Part shown: one piece after another, positions 18,779-27,038 of the stretch
Layout: each line of letters starts with the position of its first letter
Position numbering within the stretch: position 1 is the first letter of the stretch
Position numbers and translations under genes: made by a program
The notes under the pieces: generated by a model
Seen by the model: the letters and a program-made list of their open reading frames with translations, nothing else
What the model was told of the DNA's origin: nothing
Databases searched by the model: none
Assembly: GCA_964389465.1 (NCBI GenBank)
Contig: CAYMDK010000001.1
Location: 86,852-150,851, forward strand
Reading direction: 5' to 3'
Source: an uncultured archaeon
Lineage (GTDB): Archaea > Thermoplasmatota > Poseidoniia > MGIII > CG-Epi1
Length of the DNA: 64,000 nt

Positions 18779-19587
18779 TCGGCGACCAGCTTCCCGAGCG
18801 TATAGAACGGGTTGCCCGCCAGCCACTGCCCCCCGTCGGCGACCAGGCATTCGCCGGTCACGTAATCGCTCGCGGCGAGCCAGAGCACCTGCAATGCCAT
18901 CTCGTCGGCGGTCGCGAGTCGCCCCTTCGGGATGGTGTCGGTAATCATCTGCTCCATCTCGGGCGCCGGGAACAGGTTGGCGCGGGCTCCTTCGGTCGGC
19001 ACGACACCGGGGCAGAGCGCGTTGACGCGAATGCCGTGCGCCGCCCACTCGAGCGCCAGCGACCGCGTCAGGTTCAGCACTCCTGCCTTGGCGGCGCCCG
19101 AGTGCGCGACGAAGGGGGCAGCGCCCCAGGTGTAGTTGGCGACGACATTCACGACGCTGGCGTCGCGTCCCTTGCGCAGCAACGGGTGGCACGCCTGCGA
19201 GACGCGGAAAGTGCCGTCAAGCACGATGTCAACAACCGCACGCCAGGCGTTTTCGCTCATCTCGGCCACCGGCGCGAAGAAGTTCCCGGCGGCGTTGTTG
19301 ACCAGTATGTCGAGCGCACCCCATTCCGATTCGAGCGTGGCGGCGAGCGCCGCCACGCTCTCGCTGTCACGGACGTCGACGACCTGCGTCAGCGCTTCCG
19401 CGCCGGTGGCCTTGGCAATGGCGGTCGCGCCCGCTGCGAGATGCTCGTCATTGCGTGACGCGATTGCGACCTGCGCGCCGTGCGCCGCAAAGGCAGTGGC
19501 GAACGCCAGCCCCATCCCGGTACCGCCGCCCGTCACGAGCACGCGCGCGTCGGCGAACAGGTCGTCGCGGAAGGGGGATTCGCCCAC
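18775..19587 (-). CDS. SDR-family oxidoreductase, 2,4-dienoyl-CoA reductase-like
   Basis: VLVTGGGTGMGLA cofactor motif and the Y-x3-K catalytic pair (YTWGAAPFVAHSGAAKAG). The track start at 19719 would overlap the upstream gene by 112 nt. The GTG at 19587, 20 nt after that gene's stop, gives a canonical N-terminus. Confidence 0.7.
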   Translation of the reverse strand: MGESPFRDDLFADARVLVTGGGTGMGLAFATAFAAHGAQVAIASRNDEHLAAGATAIAKATGAEALTQVVDVRDSESVAALAATLESEWGALDILVNNAAGNFFAPVAEMSENAWRAVVDIVLDGTFRVSQACHPLLRKGRDASVVNVVANYTWGAAPFVAHSGAAKAGVLNLTRSLALEWAAHGIRVNALCPGVVPTEGARANLFPAPEMEQMITDTIPKGRLATADEMALQVLWLAASDYVTGECLVADGGQWLAGNPFYTLGKLVAD

Positions 19588-19607
19588 GCTAGCCCAGTCG
19601 GAGGGAG

Positions 19608-20027
19608 TTAATGAGCGTCCCGCGACAGCGCGCGCTCGACCCGTAGCGCACCGCGTACCGGGCCGGAGTAGGGGCGGCCGTGCAGGTAGTAGCTGAACAG
19701 CCCCAGCTCGAGCCGGCATTCGGCGCTGGCCCCGGCGGAGTCACTGGCGCGCACCCGCAAGGCGAGCGGCGCGTCCTGCACTTCGTGGCGCGGCTCGAGC
19801 CACATCTCTTCGTCATGCGAGTCGCCCGGCAGCAATTGGCTGACGGCGACGCGGTCGAGCCCGTGCGGCCGCAGCTCGCCGTGGTCGTAGAGCAGTCGCA
19901 ATTCGAGCTGCGAGAGTGGCGCCGGGCCAGTGTTGGTGATGCGCTGCTCGACCAGCAGCTTTCCACGGGTATGGGCCACCCGGGCACTAACCAGCAGCGG
20001 ACCTTCAGAACCGGTTTCCCAATCCAT
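19608..20027 (-). CDS. Hypothetical protein (~139 aa)
   Basis: Fills the gap between the SDR gene and the divergent threonine dehydratase promoter. ATG at 20027, TATA-like element 34-41 nt upstream, GC3-rich codon usage. The remainder of track ORF 19608..21038 is antisense to threonine dehydratase and is rejected. Confidence 0.35.
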   Translation of the reverse strand: MDWETGSEGPLLVSARVAHTRGKLLVEQRITNTGPAPLSQLELRLLYDHGELRPHGLDRVAVSQLLPGDSHDEEMWLEPRHEVQDAPLALRVRASDSAGASAECRLELGLFSYYLHGRPYSGPVRGALRVERALSRDAH

Positions 20028-20060
20028 GCCGTCTACTCCAGCCGGGGAAACGGGCGGTCT

Positions 20061-20068
20061 GATATAAT
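20061..20068. promoter_or_regulatory. TATA box (gatataat) serving threonine dehydratase and possibly the divergent hypothetical gene
   Basis: 23-30 nt upstream of ATG 20091. Its reverse complement lies 34-41 nt upstream of ATG 20027 on the minus strand. Confidence 0.4.
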
Positions 20069-20090
20069 CCCTTCGCGGGCTGGGAGCACG

Positions 20091-21029
20091 ATGGTCACGC
20101 TCGCCGACGTCCACGCTGCCGCGGCGCGGCTCGATGGCGTGGCGCTGCGGACGCCGGTCAGGACGTCCCCAGTACTGGACGAACTGGCGGGCCGCCAACT
20201 CGTCTTCAAGTGTGAAAACCTGCAGAAAGTGGGGGCGTTCAAGTTCCGTGGCGCGTGGAACGCGGTCGCGTCGCTCCCCGAAGGCGAAGCGGCGCGCGGG
20301 GTCTGCACCCATAGTAGCGGCAACCACGCGCAGGCACTGGCGCTCGCGGCACGGATGAGGGGCATCGCGGCGCATATCGTGATGCCCGCGAACGTCGCGC
20401 CGCTCAAACTGCGCGCGGTCGAAAGCTATGATGCAAAAATCACGCTCTGCGAGCCGACGCTGGCGGCGCGCGAAAGCGCACTGGCGAAAGTGCAACGCGA
20501 GACCGGCGCGGTGCTGGTTCACCCATACGATGACGCGCGCGTGATTGCCGGGCAGGGGACCGTCGCGCTGGAGCTGCTGGCGCAGGCCGAAGTGGACGCC
20601 ATCATCACACCGATAGGCGGCGGCGGGCTGCTCTCGGGCACCTGCATCGCCGTGCGGGGCACCGCGCCCACGGTCGCGCTCTACGGCACCGAACCGACGG
20701 GCGCCGATGACGCAGCGCGGTCGCTGGCCGCCGGGAAGTTCATCCCGCAGACCGGACCCGACACCATCTGCGACGGCCTCCTGACGAGCCTCGGCGAGCT
20801 GACCTGGCCCATCCTGCGCGACCACCTTGCATCCATCATCACCGTCGACGACGATACGGTGCGGCGGGCGATGCGGCTGCTGCGGGACGAGCTGGGGCTG
20901 CTGGTCGAGCCGAGCGGCGCCATCGGCTTCGCGGCGACGCTCTCGCCCGGCTTCGCGAGCGACGCGCAGCGTGTCGGCGTCATCCTGACCGGCGGCAATG
21001 TCGATGCGGCGGAATTCTTCGGTGAGTGA
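20091..21029 (+). CDS. Threonine dehydratase / serine-threonine ammonia-lyase (PLP-dependent, fold type II)
   Basis: PLP-binding region FKCENLQKVGAFKFRGAWN, HSSGNHAQALA and the Gly-rich loop GGGGLLSG. ATG at 20091 with TATA gatataat 23-30 nt upstream. Confidence 0.8.
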   Translation: MVTLADVHAAAARLDGVALRTPVRTSPVLDELAGRQLVFKCENLQKVGAFKFRGAWNAVASLPEGEAARGVCTHSSGNHAQALALAARMRGIAAHIVMPANVAPLKLRAVESYDAKITLCEPTLAARESALAKVQRETGAVLVHPYDDARVIAGQGTVALELLAQAEVDAIITPIGGGGLLSGTCIAVRGTAPTVALYGTEPTGADDAARSLAAGKFIPQTGPDTICDGLLTSLGELTWPILRDHLASIITVDDDTVRRAMRLLRDELGLLVEPSGAIGFAATLSPGFASDAQRVGVILTGGNVDAAEFFGE

Positions 21030-21037
21030 ACGGGGCA

Positions 21038-21113
21038 TGGCGGGCCCGCGGGGATTCGAACCCCGGGTCTCCGGCTTAGAAGGCCGGCGCCTTTCCAGCT
21101 AGGCTACGGGCCC
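21038..21113 (-). tRNA. tRNA-Arg (anticodon TCT), CCA encoded
   Basis: Reverse complement folds as a cloverleaf: acceptor GGGCCCG/CGGGCCC, anticodon stem CCGGC/GCCGG with loop CTTCTAA, T-arm GGGGTTCGAATCCCC. Confidence 0.85.
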
Positions 21114-21200
21114 CACACGCCGGGAAGTGGGGCGGCTAAAGGGATTTGGCTGTAGCCGCCTGATACCTTCACCGGCGCTGTTTCTTTTAAATATCTATCG

Positions 21201-23228
21201 TCAGTGAATTCTGCTGCCGTTCTCCACCTGCTGGTCAGGCTGGAGAACGCTCACCATCTTGCCGCTCTCGGCGGCCAGCAACATCCCTTCCGACTCGACG
21301 CCGCGGAATTTGGCGCGTTGCAGGTTGACGAGCACCGCAATCTGTCGCCCCTGCAGCTCGTCGGCCTCGTAGATGCCGCGCAGGCCGGTGACGAGCCGGC
21401 GCGTGGGTCCGCCGAAATCGACCTCCAGCAGCCATAGTTTGTCGGCGTCCGGGTGCTTCTCCACTCCGACAACGGTGCCGACGCGGATATCCAGCTTCCT
21501 GAAGTCATCGAAGCTGATTTCTGGCTTTAGCTCTGGTAGCTCGTCTTGGGGCATTTCTTTCTCCAGGACCCGTTTCAGGTCCAGTTTTGCAAACAGCGGT
21601 TCGGGCCGCTGCAGGGTAAAATCATTCTCGCCGTCCAGCGCCGCCTCCCAGCCCGCCGCCTGCGGGGTTTCGGGCTGGCCAAGGTAGCGCCAGGCGGTTT
21701 CCCCCGTCCGGGGCAGGAACGGCGTCATCATGATTGAGAGCGAGCGGCAGACATTCAGGAAGCCGACCAGCTGCGCCTCGCACGCGTCGCGGTCCTCCTT
21801 CAGCAGCTTCCACGGCGCCGCCGCGTTGAGCGCGGCGTTGGTCGCTTGCGACAGCTCGAGCATCGCCGCCAGTCCGCGCTTGAACTTGCACGCCGCGAGC
21901 GCCGCGTCCATCTTCGCGTGCGCGGTTGCGACGCGGTCGCGCAACTCCGGCAGTGCGCACTCGTCGGCGTGTAGCCCGTCGGGGAAATTCTTCTGCGCGA
22001 AGGATACGACGCGGTGCAGCAGGTTGCCCAGATTGCCGATGAGCTCGGTGTTGACGCGCGTGACGTAATCCTCCCAGGAAAAACTGGCGTCCTTCTGTTC
22101 GGGCATGACTGCCGCCAGGTAGTAGCGCAGCGCCTCGGGGTCGTAGCGCTCCATGTAGTCCGGAATCCAGACCGCGTGGCGGCGCGACTTGGAGAACTGC
22201 GCCGAGTCGAGCAGCAGGTATTCGTTGGCCGGGACGTCGTGCGGCAATTTCAGCCCGCAGCCGAGCAGCATCGCTGGCCAGATGATGGTGTGGAACGGGA
22301 TGTTGTCCTTGGCCATGAAGTAGCGGTGCTCCGCCTCGGGGTCGTCCCACCACTTGCGCCACGCCTCGTCGTCGCCCTGTAGCTGCGCCCAGTGGCGCGA
22401 CGCCGAGTAGTAGCCCATCACCGCCTCGAACCAGACGTAGATGCGCTTGCTTTCGTAGCCATCGCGCGGGACCGGGATGCCCCACTCCAGGTCGCGCGTC
22501 ACGGCGCGGTCCACAAGACCTTCCTCGAGCCAGTTGCGGGTGAATTTGAGCACGTTCGACTTCCAGTGCTCCTTGCCGTCGGAAAGCCACTCAAGCAGCT
22601 GCTCGCGGAACGCCGAGAGCCGGAAGAAGAGATGCTCGGTCTCGCGGAATTCGAGCGGCACGTCGGGGTTCAGCTTCGGGTGCGGGTCGATTAGTTCATC
22701 GGCGTCGAGCGTCTTGCCGCATTCATCGCACTGGTCACCGCGCGCGCCGGTCGACTTGCAGTGGGGGCAGGTACCCTCGACGTAGCGGTCGGGCAGGAAC
22801 TGCCCCGCCTTCGGGTCATACGGTGCGGTGGTGGTGCGCGGCTCGATGAAGCCCGCTTCATCGAGCCGCCCGATGATTTCGTGCACCACCGCCTCGTGCT
22901 CCGGGGTATGCGTGTGGGTGAACAGGTCGAAGGAAATCCCCATCTGCTCGATGGAGTGGGAGTTGATTTCGTGGTAGCGCAGCGCGACCTCCTCCGGCGT
23001 GGCACCTTCCTGCTGCGCGGTGACCATGATGGGGGTGCCGTGCATGTCGCTGCCGCTGACCATCAGCACCCGGTTGCCCTTCAGCCGGTGGTAGCGCGCG
23101 AAGATGTCGGCCGGCAGGTAGCAGCCCGCCATGTGGCCCAGATGCAGCGGCCCGTTGGCATACGGCCACGCGACCGCGACGAGGATGTGCTTCACGGTGG
23201 CGCATCCCTCCCGATATAAATCAGCCAC
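21201..23228 (-). CDS. metG: Methionine--tRNA ligase with C-terminal tRNA-binding (EMAP/Trbp111-like) domain
   Basis: HIGH-like motif PYANGPLHLGH, KMSKS region and zinc knuckles (CPHC...CDEC). The C-terminal OB tRNA-binding domain is followed by a stop. GTG start. Confidence 0.9.
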   Translation of the reverse strand: MADLYREGCATVKHILVAVAWPYANGPLHLGHMAGCYLPADIFARYHRLKGNRVLMVSGSDMHGTPIMVTAQQEGATPEEVALRYHEINSHSIEQMGISFDLFTHTHTPEHEAVVHEIIGRLDEAGFIEPRTTTAPYDPKAGQFLPDRYVEGTCPHCKSTGARGDQCDECGKTLDADELIDPHPKLNPDVPLEFRETEHLFFRLSAFREQLLEWLSDGKEHWKSNVLKFTRNWLEEGLVDRAVTRDLEWGIPVPRDGYESKRIYVWFEAVMGYYSASRHWAQLQGDDEAWRKWWDDPEAEHRYFMAKDNIPFHTIIWPAMLLGCGLKLPHDVPANEYLLLDSAQFSKSRRHAVWIPDYMERYDPEALRYYLAAVMPEQKDASFSWEDYVTRVNTELIGNLGNLLHRVVSFAQKNFPDGLHADECALPELRDRVATAHAKMDAALAACKFKRGLAAMLELSQATNAALNAAAPWKLLKEDRDACEAQLVGFLNVCRSLSIMMTPFLPRTGETAWRYLGQPETPQAAGWEAALDGENDFTLQRPEPLFAKLDLKRVLEKEMPQDELPELKPEISFDDFRKLDIRVGTVVGVEKHPDADKLWLLEVDFGGPTRRLVTGLRGIYEADELQGRQIAVLVNLQRAKFRGVESEGMLLAAESGKMVSVLQPDQQVENGSRIH
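23213..23220 (+). promoter_or_regulatory. TATA box (gatataaa) for queD; lies within the metG start region (divergent pair)
   Basis: 20-27 nt upstream of queD ATG 23240. Confidence 0.4.
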
Positions 23229-23239
23229 GGGCGCCGGCG

Positions 23240-23644
23240 ATGGGGGCGACAGCGCTCTTATCCCCGCGCGGCTGCCCGACCGTGTTCCGCATCGAGCGCG
23301 ACTATACCGTCGAGGCGGCGCGACGGCTGCCGCTGCTGCCCGCCGAGCACCCCTGCCACCGACTGCACGGCCACCGCTTCACGGTCACGCTCGCTATCGA
23401 GGGCGACGCCGCTAACGAGCAGCAGTGGGTCGCCGACTACTACGACGTCGATACCGCCTACGAAGCAGGAGTCGGCAGCCTGATTGACCATAATTACCTC
23501 AACGACGTCGCGGGGCTGGAAAACCCGACCACCGAAGTGCTGGCGCGCTGGGTCTTCGAGCGGCTGGAACCGGCGCTGCCGGGGCTGGTCGAAGTCATCG
23601 TCGCCGAGGAAAACGACACGCGCTGCGTCTACCGGCCCGGCTAG
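23240..23644 (+). CDS. queD: 6-carboxy-5,6,7,8-tetrahydropterin synthase (QueD / PTPS family)
   Basis: C-x3-HGH motif (CHRLHGH). 134 aa, typical PTPS size. TATA gatataaa 20-27 nt upstream of the ATG. Confidence 0.75.
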   Translation: MGATALLSPRGCPTVFRIERDYTVEAARRLPLLPAEHPCHRLHGHRFTVTLAIEGDAANEQQWVADYYDVDTAYEAGVGSLIDHNYLNDVAGLENPTTEVLARWVFERLEPALPGLVEVIVAEENDTRCVYRPG

Positions 23645-24201
23645 CCGCTGTCGCCGAGATACACGGCCAGCGCCGCCAGCGCCCGTCCGCGATGGCTGAC
23701 CGCGTTCTTCTCCGCCAGCGGCAGCTCGGCGAAAGTCCGCTCGTCGCCTGCGGGGACGAAGACCGGGTCGTAGCCGAACCCGCCGTCGCCGCGCGGCGCG
23801 TGGGTGATGCGGCCGCGGCAACTGCCGCGGAACAGCCGGCGGGCGCCGTCGGGCAGCAGCAGACCGAGCACGCAGCGGAACTCGGCGCTGCGCTCCGCCC
23901 CGTCGCCGAGCAGTGCCAGCACGCCGGCCGGGCCGATGGTGTCGTAAGCGTAGCGGCTGTAGACTCCCGGAAAGCCGCCCAGCGCGTCGACGAAGAGCCC
24001 CGCGTCGTCGATGAGCAGCGCCTCGCCCGCGTGGCGCTGCGCCAGCCACTCCAGCCCGAATTCGACCACCGCCGCGAGCGTCGCCGCCTGCACCTCGGGA
24101 TACTCCAGCGCGCGCTGCGCGACCGTGTGGCCCGCCGGCTCCAGCGCCGCCGCCAGCTCGCGCAGCTTGCCCGCGTTGGAGGTCACCAGTCCCAGCTCCA
24201 T
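23641..24201 (-). CDS. Non-canonical purine NTP pyrophosphatase (RdgB/Ham1, ITPase)
   Basis: Ham1 family motifs (TSNAGKL ... FGYDPVF ... AEKNAVSHRGRA). Start taken at MELGLVTSNAGK (24201). The longer track start is Arg-rich junk. Confidence 0.8.
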   Translation of the reverse strand: MELGLVTSNAGKLRELAAALEPAGHTVAQRALEYPEVQAATLAAVVEFGLEWLAQRHAGEALLIDDAGLFVDALGGFPGVYSRYAYDTIGPAGVLALLGDGAERSAEFRCVLGLLLPDGARRLFRGSCRGRITHAPRGDGGFGYDPVFVPAGDERTFAELPLAEKNAVSHRGRALAALAVYLGDSG

Positions 24202-24312
24202 ACCCCCGCAGCAGCGGCCGGTTTTAGCCGCTGCCCGTCGCCGCGCCGCCCGCCCGCGCCAGCCGAAACGCCGCCGCAGGCTCTTTAACGGGGGCAGCGT
24301 CGCGAACGTCGC

Positions 24313-24399
24313 GCGAGGATCGCATAGCCTGGCCATTGCGTCGGATTGCTAATCCGATGGGCTTGTCCCACGGGGGTTCAAATCCCCCTCCTCGCGCCA
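24313..24399 (+). tRNA. tRNA-Ser (anticodon GCT), class II with long variable arm, CCA encoded
   Basis: Acceptor GCGAGGA/TCCTCGC, anticodon stem TCGGA/TCCGA with loop TTGCTAA, long variable arm TGGGCTTGTCCCAC, T-arm GGGGGTTCAAATCCCCC. Followed by a T6 run. Confidence 0.85.
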
Positions 24400-24408
24400 C
24401 TTTTTTCC
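24397..24408 (+). terminator. Oligo-T tract (cacttttttcc) immediately after tRNA-Ser(GCT)
   Basis: T6 run directly downstream of the tRNA 3' end. Archaeal terminators are oligo-T tracts. Confidence 0.3.
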
Positions 24409-24409
24409 A

Positions 24410-25156
24410 TCAGAACTGCATCACCAGCAGCAGCCCGCCATACCCGGCTGCCATCAGGAACGGCGTATCCCAGGTGTGCGGCGAGAACGCCTCGGCGAGC
24501 GTCATCGCCAGCGGGACGATGGCGAGCGCGAGCGCGAACTGCAGCCCACTGAATTGCGACGCGTGCAGCACAATGATCACAAGCCCGGTTGCAAGGATGA
24601 AGCCGCTGCCTTCGAGCGTCCGCACGTAGGTGCGGTCGGTGCCGAGCGCACGTGTGCGGTATTCGTGCCGGCCCCAGCGCACGCCAATCGGCTCCGCGAG
24701 GCCGTCGCCGACGGCGTTGATGAGCAGCGGAATCATGATTAGCTGCTCGAGTCCGATTTCGCCGAAATACCAGATTGCCGGCAGCATGACCGCGAAGCCG
24801 GCGACGAACTGGCTGAAAATCCAGACCAGCGTGTATGGCCGGTCTTCCGGCCGGTCGAACGCTTCGAACATCAGCTGGTAGGGCGGGATGCGGCTGCGAA
24901 TCGGCTCCCAGAAAACCAGCAGCGAGAGCGTCACGATGGCGGAGCTGGCGAGCAGGTATTCGATGTCGGCAAAGGTCGCGACGTCGAGCTGCCGGTCAAT
25001 CGCCACCGGCAGGAAGAATATCGCGACGTGGTTCAGCTTGCGCGTGTAGTTGACCCGCACGCCGCGCCGCGCCAGCCAGCCCGAGGCGAGCATGATGGTG
25101 AGTAGCGCGCCCGCCTTCAGCAGCGTCGATTCAACCTGGGATGACGAGAATTCCAT
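24410..25156 (-). CDS. Integral membrane protein, CTP-dependent polyprenol (dolichol/phytol) kinase-like
   Basis: Multi-TM protein. C-terminal motif AVGDGLAEPIGVRWGRHEY...RTLEGSGF resembles the dolichol kinase / CTP-transferase family motif. Start taken at MEFSSSQ (25156), immediately downstream of tRNA-Ala. Confidence 0.5.
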   Translation of the reverse strand: MEFSSSQVESTLLKAGALLTIMLASGWLARRGVRVNYTRKLNHVAIFFLPVAIDRQLDVATFADIEYLLASSAIVTLSLLVFWEPIRSRIPPYQLMFEAFDRPEDRPYTLVWIFSQFVAGFAVMLPAIWYFGEIGLEQLIMIPLLINAVGDGLAEPIGVRWGRHEYRTRALGTDRTYVRTLEGSGFILATGLVIIVLHASQFSGLQFALALAIVPLAMTLAEAFSPHTWDTPFLMAAGYGGLLLVMQF

Positions 25157-25169
25157 GCGATACCGGGGC

Positions 25170-25246
25170 TGGTGGACCGGGCGAGATTTGAACTCGCGCC
25201 CTCCTCCATGCCAAGGAGGCGATCTTCCAGACTGATCTACCGGCCC
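25170..25246 (-). tRNA. tRNA-Ala (anticodon GGC) with G3:U70 identity pair, CCA encoded
   Basis: Reverse complement: acceptor GGGCCGG/CCGGTCC (G3-U70 wobble), D-arm GATCAGTCTGGAAGATC, anticodon stem CCTCC/GGAGG with loop TTGGCAT, T-arm GCGAGTTCAAATCTCGC. Confidence 0.85.
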
Positions 25247-25296
25247 ACGCGGGCGGTCCACGAAGGGAGCGCTTTAAGGATTACCGCTTGCGCGCT

Positions 25297-26400
25297 TCAG
25301 TTTTGGGGGGAGAGCGGCCGGATAGTCCAGCCCACCAGCGCCACGCCGGCAAGCATGACCGCCAGCAGTTCCAGCCCCAACAGGCTCCCGAGCAGCAGCC
25401 CCAGCAGCGCCAGCAATGCGAGCAGCTGCTCGCGCTTCAGCGCCAGCGTGCGGGCAGTGGTCGCGATCCCCGCGAGGGCAGCCAGCGCGGGGAAGCTGGC
25501 CGCCCCCGCCAGCGCGCCGCCGGTTGCGAAGACCGGCGCCTGCGCCGTGACCGTTTCCTGCTGGAGTTCGTAGTAGCCGCTGACGTTGAACTGCTCGCTG
25601 TCGACCATCGTCACCTGCCAGCGATACTGGAACGTGCCGAACTCCGGCTCCGCCACCATGTGCCAGTCGCAGCCGACGCCGTCGGCTGCGACCGGTCCCG
25701 GCGACGGCTCCGCGGGCCATTCGGCGTCGTGGTCGTCGACGGGGCCGTTCAGCAGCAGCGTCGCCGCTAATACATCGTCGCACGCCCACGGAGTCGTAAG
25801 TGTTAGCCCGAGGCCGTCGTCAACCAGCCCTGAAACGGCGGCCGGCATCCAGTTCTCGAGCGCCATGTGCGCATCGGCGTCGCTGCGGCCCCAGACGAAC
25901 TCGGCCACGCCGACGCCCGTAACCGTCGCGAATACTTCGAGCTCCAGCGTCGAGCCGGCGCTGGCGTTGAGCGCAAAGCGGTCCGACTGGAAGGGGATGT
26001 TGGTGACGAACGGCTCGTAGAGCTGTACCGGGTTGCCCTCACCGCCGGCAACCGTCGCGCCGTCAACCATGAAATTGACGCGTATCGAGACTTCACCGGC
26101 GCTGGTGGGGCCGGTGTACATTACGACCGTCAGCATCGTGTCGTTGATGGCAAGGTCGCTCGCCAGCGGAGGCGTCAGCCAGCTGCCGATGCGCTGCTCG
26201 CCACCACCAGCAATCAGCTCGCTGCCGTCCTGCGCCGCGGCGACGCCCTCGCGCAGCAGCCGTCCCGGGTCCTGGTCGTCGGAGAGCCACAGCATCAGCC
26301 CCGAAGTTTCGGGCGGCGGGTCGTGCGCCTGCGTCGCGGGGGTGAGCAGAAGCGAAAGCAGCAGCGCCGCCAGCAGCAGGCTCGGGAGCGTCCGGTTCAC
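25297..26400 (-). CDS. Secreted/membrane-anchored hypothetical protein (signal peptide, C-terminal hydrophobic anchor)
   Basis: N-terminal signal peptide MNRTLPSLLLAALLLSLLLTPATQA followed by HDPPPE. C-terminal Leu/Ala-rich TM region. Confidence 0.5.
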   Translation of the reverse strand: MNRTLPSLLLAALLLSLLLTPATQAHDPPPETSGLMLWLSDDQDPGRLLREGVAAAQDGSELIAGGGEQRIGSWLTPPLASDLAINDTMLTVVMYTGPTSAGEVSIRVNFMVDGATVAGGEGNPVQLYEPFVTNIPFQSDRFALNASAGSTLELEVFATVTGVGVAEFVWGRSDADAHMALENWMPAAVSGLVDDGLGLTLTTPWACDDVLAATLLLNGPVDDHDAEWPAEPSPGPVAADGVGCDWHMVAEPEFGTFQYRWQVTMVDSEQFNVSGYYELQQETVTAQAPVFATGGALAGAASFPALAALAGIATTARTLALKREQLLALLALLGLLLGSLLGLELLAVMLAGVALVGWTIRPLSPQN

Positions 26401-26449
26401 GGCCGGGCAGGAAATTGCAAACTATTAATCCCTTACTGCTGCCGGTTCT

Positions 26450-27004
26450 GTGCTTCACCACCTCACCCGCTGCGCTTCAATAATTCCGCTGCTGCTGCTC
26501 CTGCTGCTATCCCTCGTAAGCACCGGAGTATCCGCACACGGCGAGGCGGACGAGGAGGCCAGCGCGCTGGAAGAATTCCTCGCCTCGAGCAAGACACGCA
26601 CCGCGACCGCCTTCCTGCACTCGGTCGGCGCCATCCTGCTCACGACCGGGCTGGTGGTGCTGCTGGTGATGCTGCGGCAGCCGTCGCTCGAGCTGGAGCC
26701 GAACACGCTGGTGGCGAACCGGCTGGTGCTGGCGGGCATCGCCATGAACCTGACTGGGGGGCTGATGCGGCTGTTCGAGCCGGGCCACCCCAGCCTGCTC
26801 GAGTTCATGGAAAATCGCTGGGTGACGATGCTGGCGACCAAGCACCTGCTGCTGCTGGTGACCTACGCCGCCTCGATTGTCGCCACCCGCAGCACGGTCG
26901 ACCGCGAGCGCCGCCGGCTGGCGGTGCTGGTCGCCATTGGCGGGGTCATCGTCGTCTCGATTCTCGGCGCCGCGGCTGACGTCCTGACGCCGGGCGAAGA
27001 TTGA
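26450..27004 (+). CDS. Small multi-TM membrane protein (hypothetical)
   Basis: Signal/TM then 3-4 further TM helices. No recognisable family. Confidence 0.4.
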   Translation: MLHHLTRCASIIPLLLLLLLSLVSTGVSAHGEADEEASALEEFLASSKTRTATAFLHSVGAILLTTGLVVLLVMLRQPSLELEPNTLVANRLVLAGIAMNLTGGLMRLFEPGHPSLLEFMENRWVTMLATKHLLLLVTYAASIVATRSTVDRERRRLAVLVAIGGVIVVSILGAAADVLTPGED

Positions 27005-27038
27005 GCAAGGTATAATCCCCCGGCAGCGCTGCCACACC

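Noticed and set aside
19608-21038. 476-aa minus-strand ORF covering the threonine dehydratase locus
   Set aside because: Its 20091-21038 portion is antisense to a well-conserved PLP enzyme and is Arg/Pro/Ala-rich low complexity. Only the non-overlapping 19608-20027 part was kept, as a low-confidence hypothetical.
21622-22590. 322-aa minus-strand ORF and several plus-strand ORFs within metG
   Set aside because: Alternative frames of the MetRS gene (Arg/Gly/Ala-rich). MetRS motifs are unambiguous in the 21201..23228 frame.
23258-24288. Overlapping ORFs 23258..24049(-) and 23692..24288(+) around queD/ITPase
   Set aside because: High-GC frame artifacts, Arg/Ala/Pro-rich, overlapping two well-supported genes.
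25297-27004. CopC/CopD-like copper-resistance pair (mature N-terminal His after the signal peptide in 25297..26400; small polytopic partner at 26450)
   Set aside because: The periplasmic protein is about 340 aa (CopC is about 100 aa) and lacks a recognisable cupredoxin-like pattern. The membrane protein is too short for CopD. The resemblance is limited to an N-terminal His.
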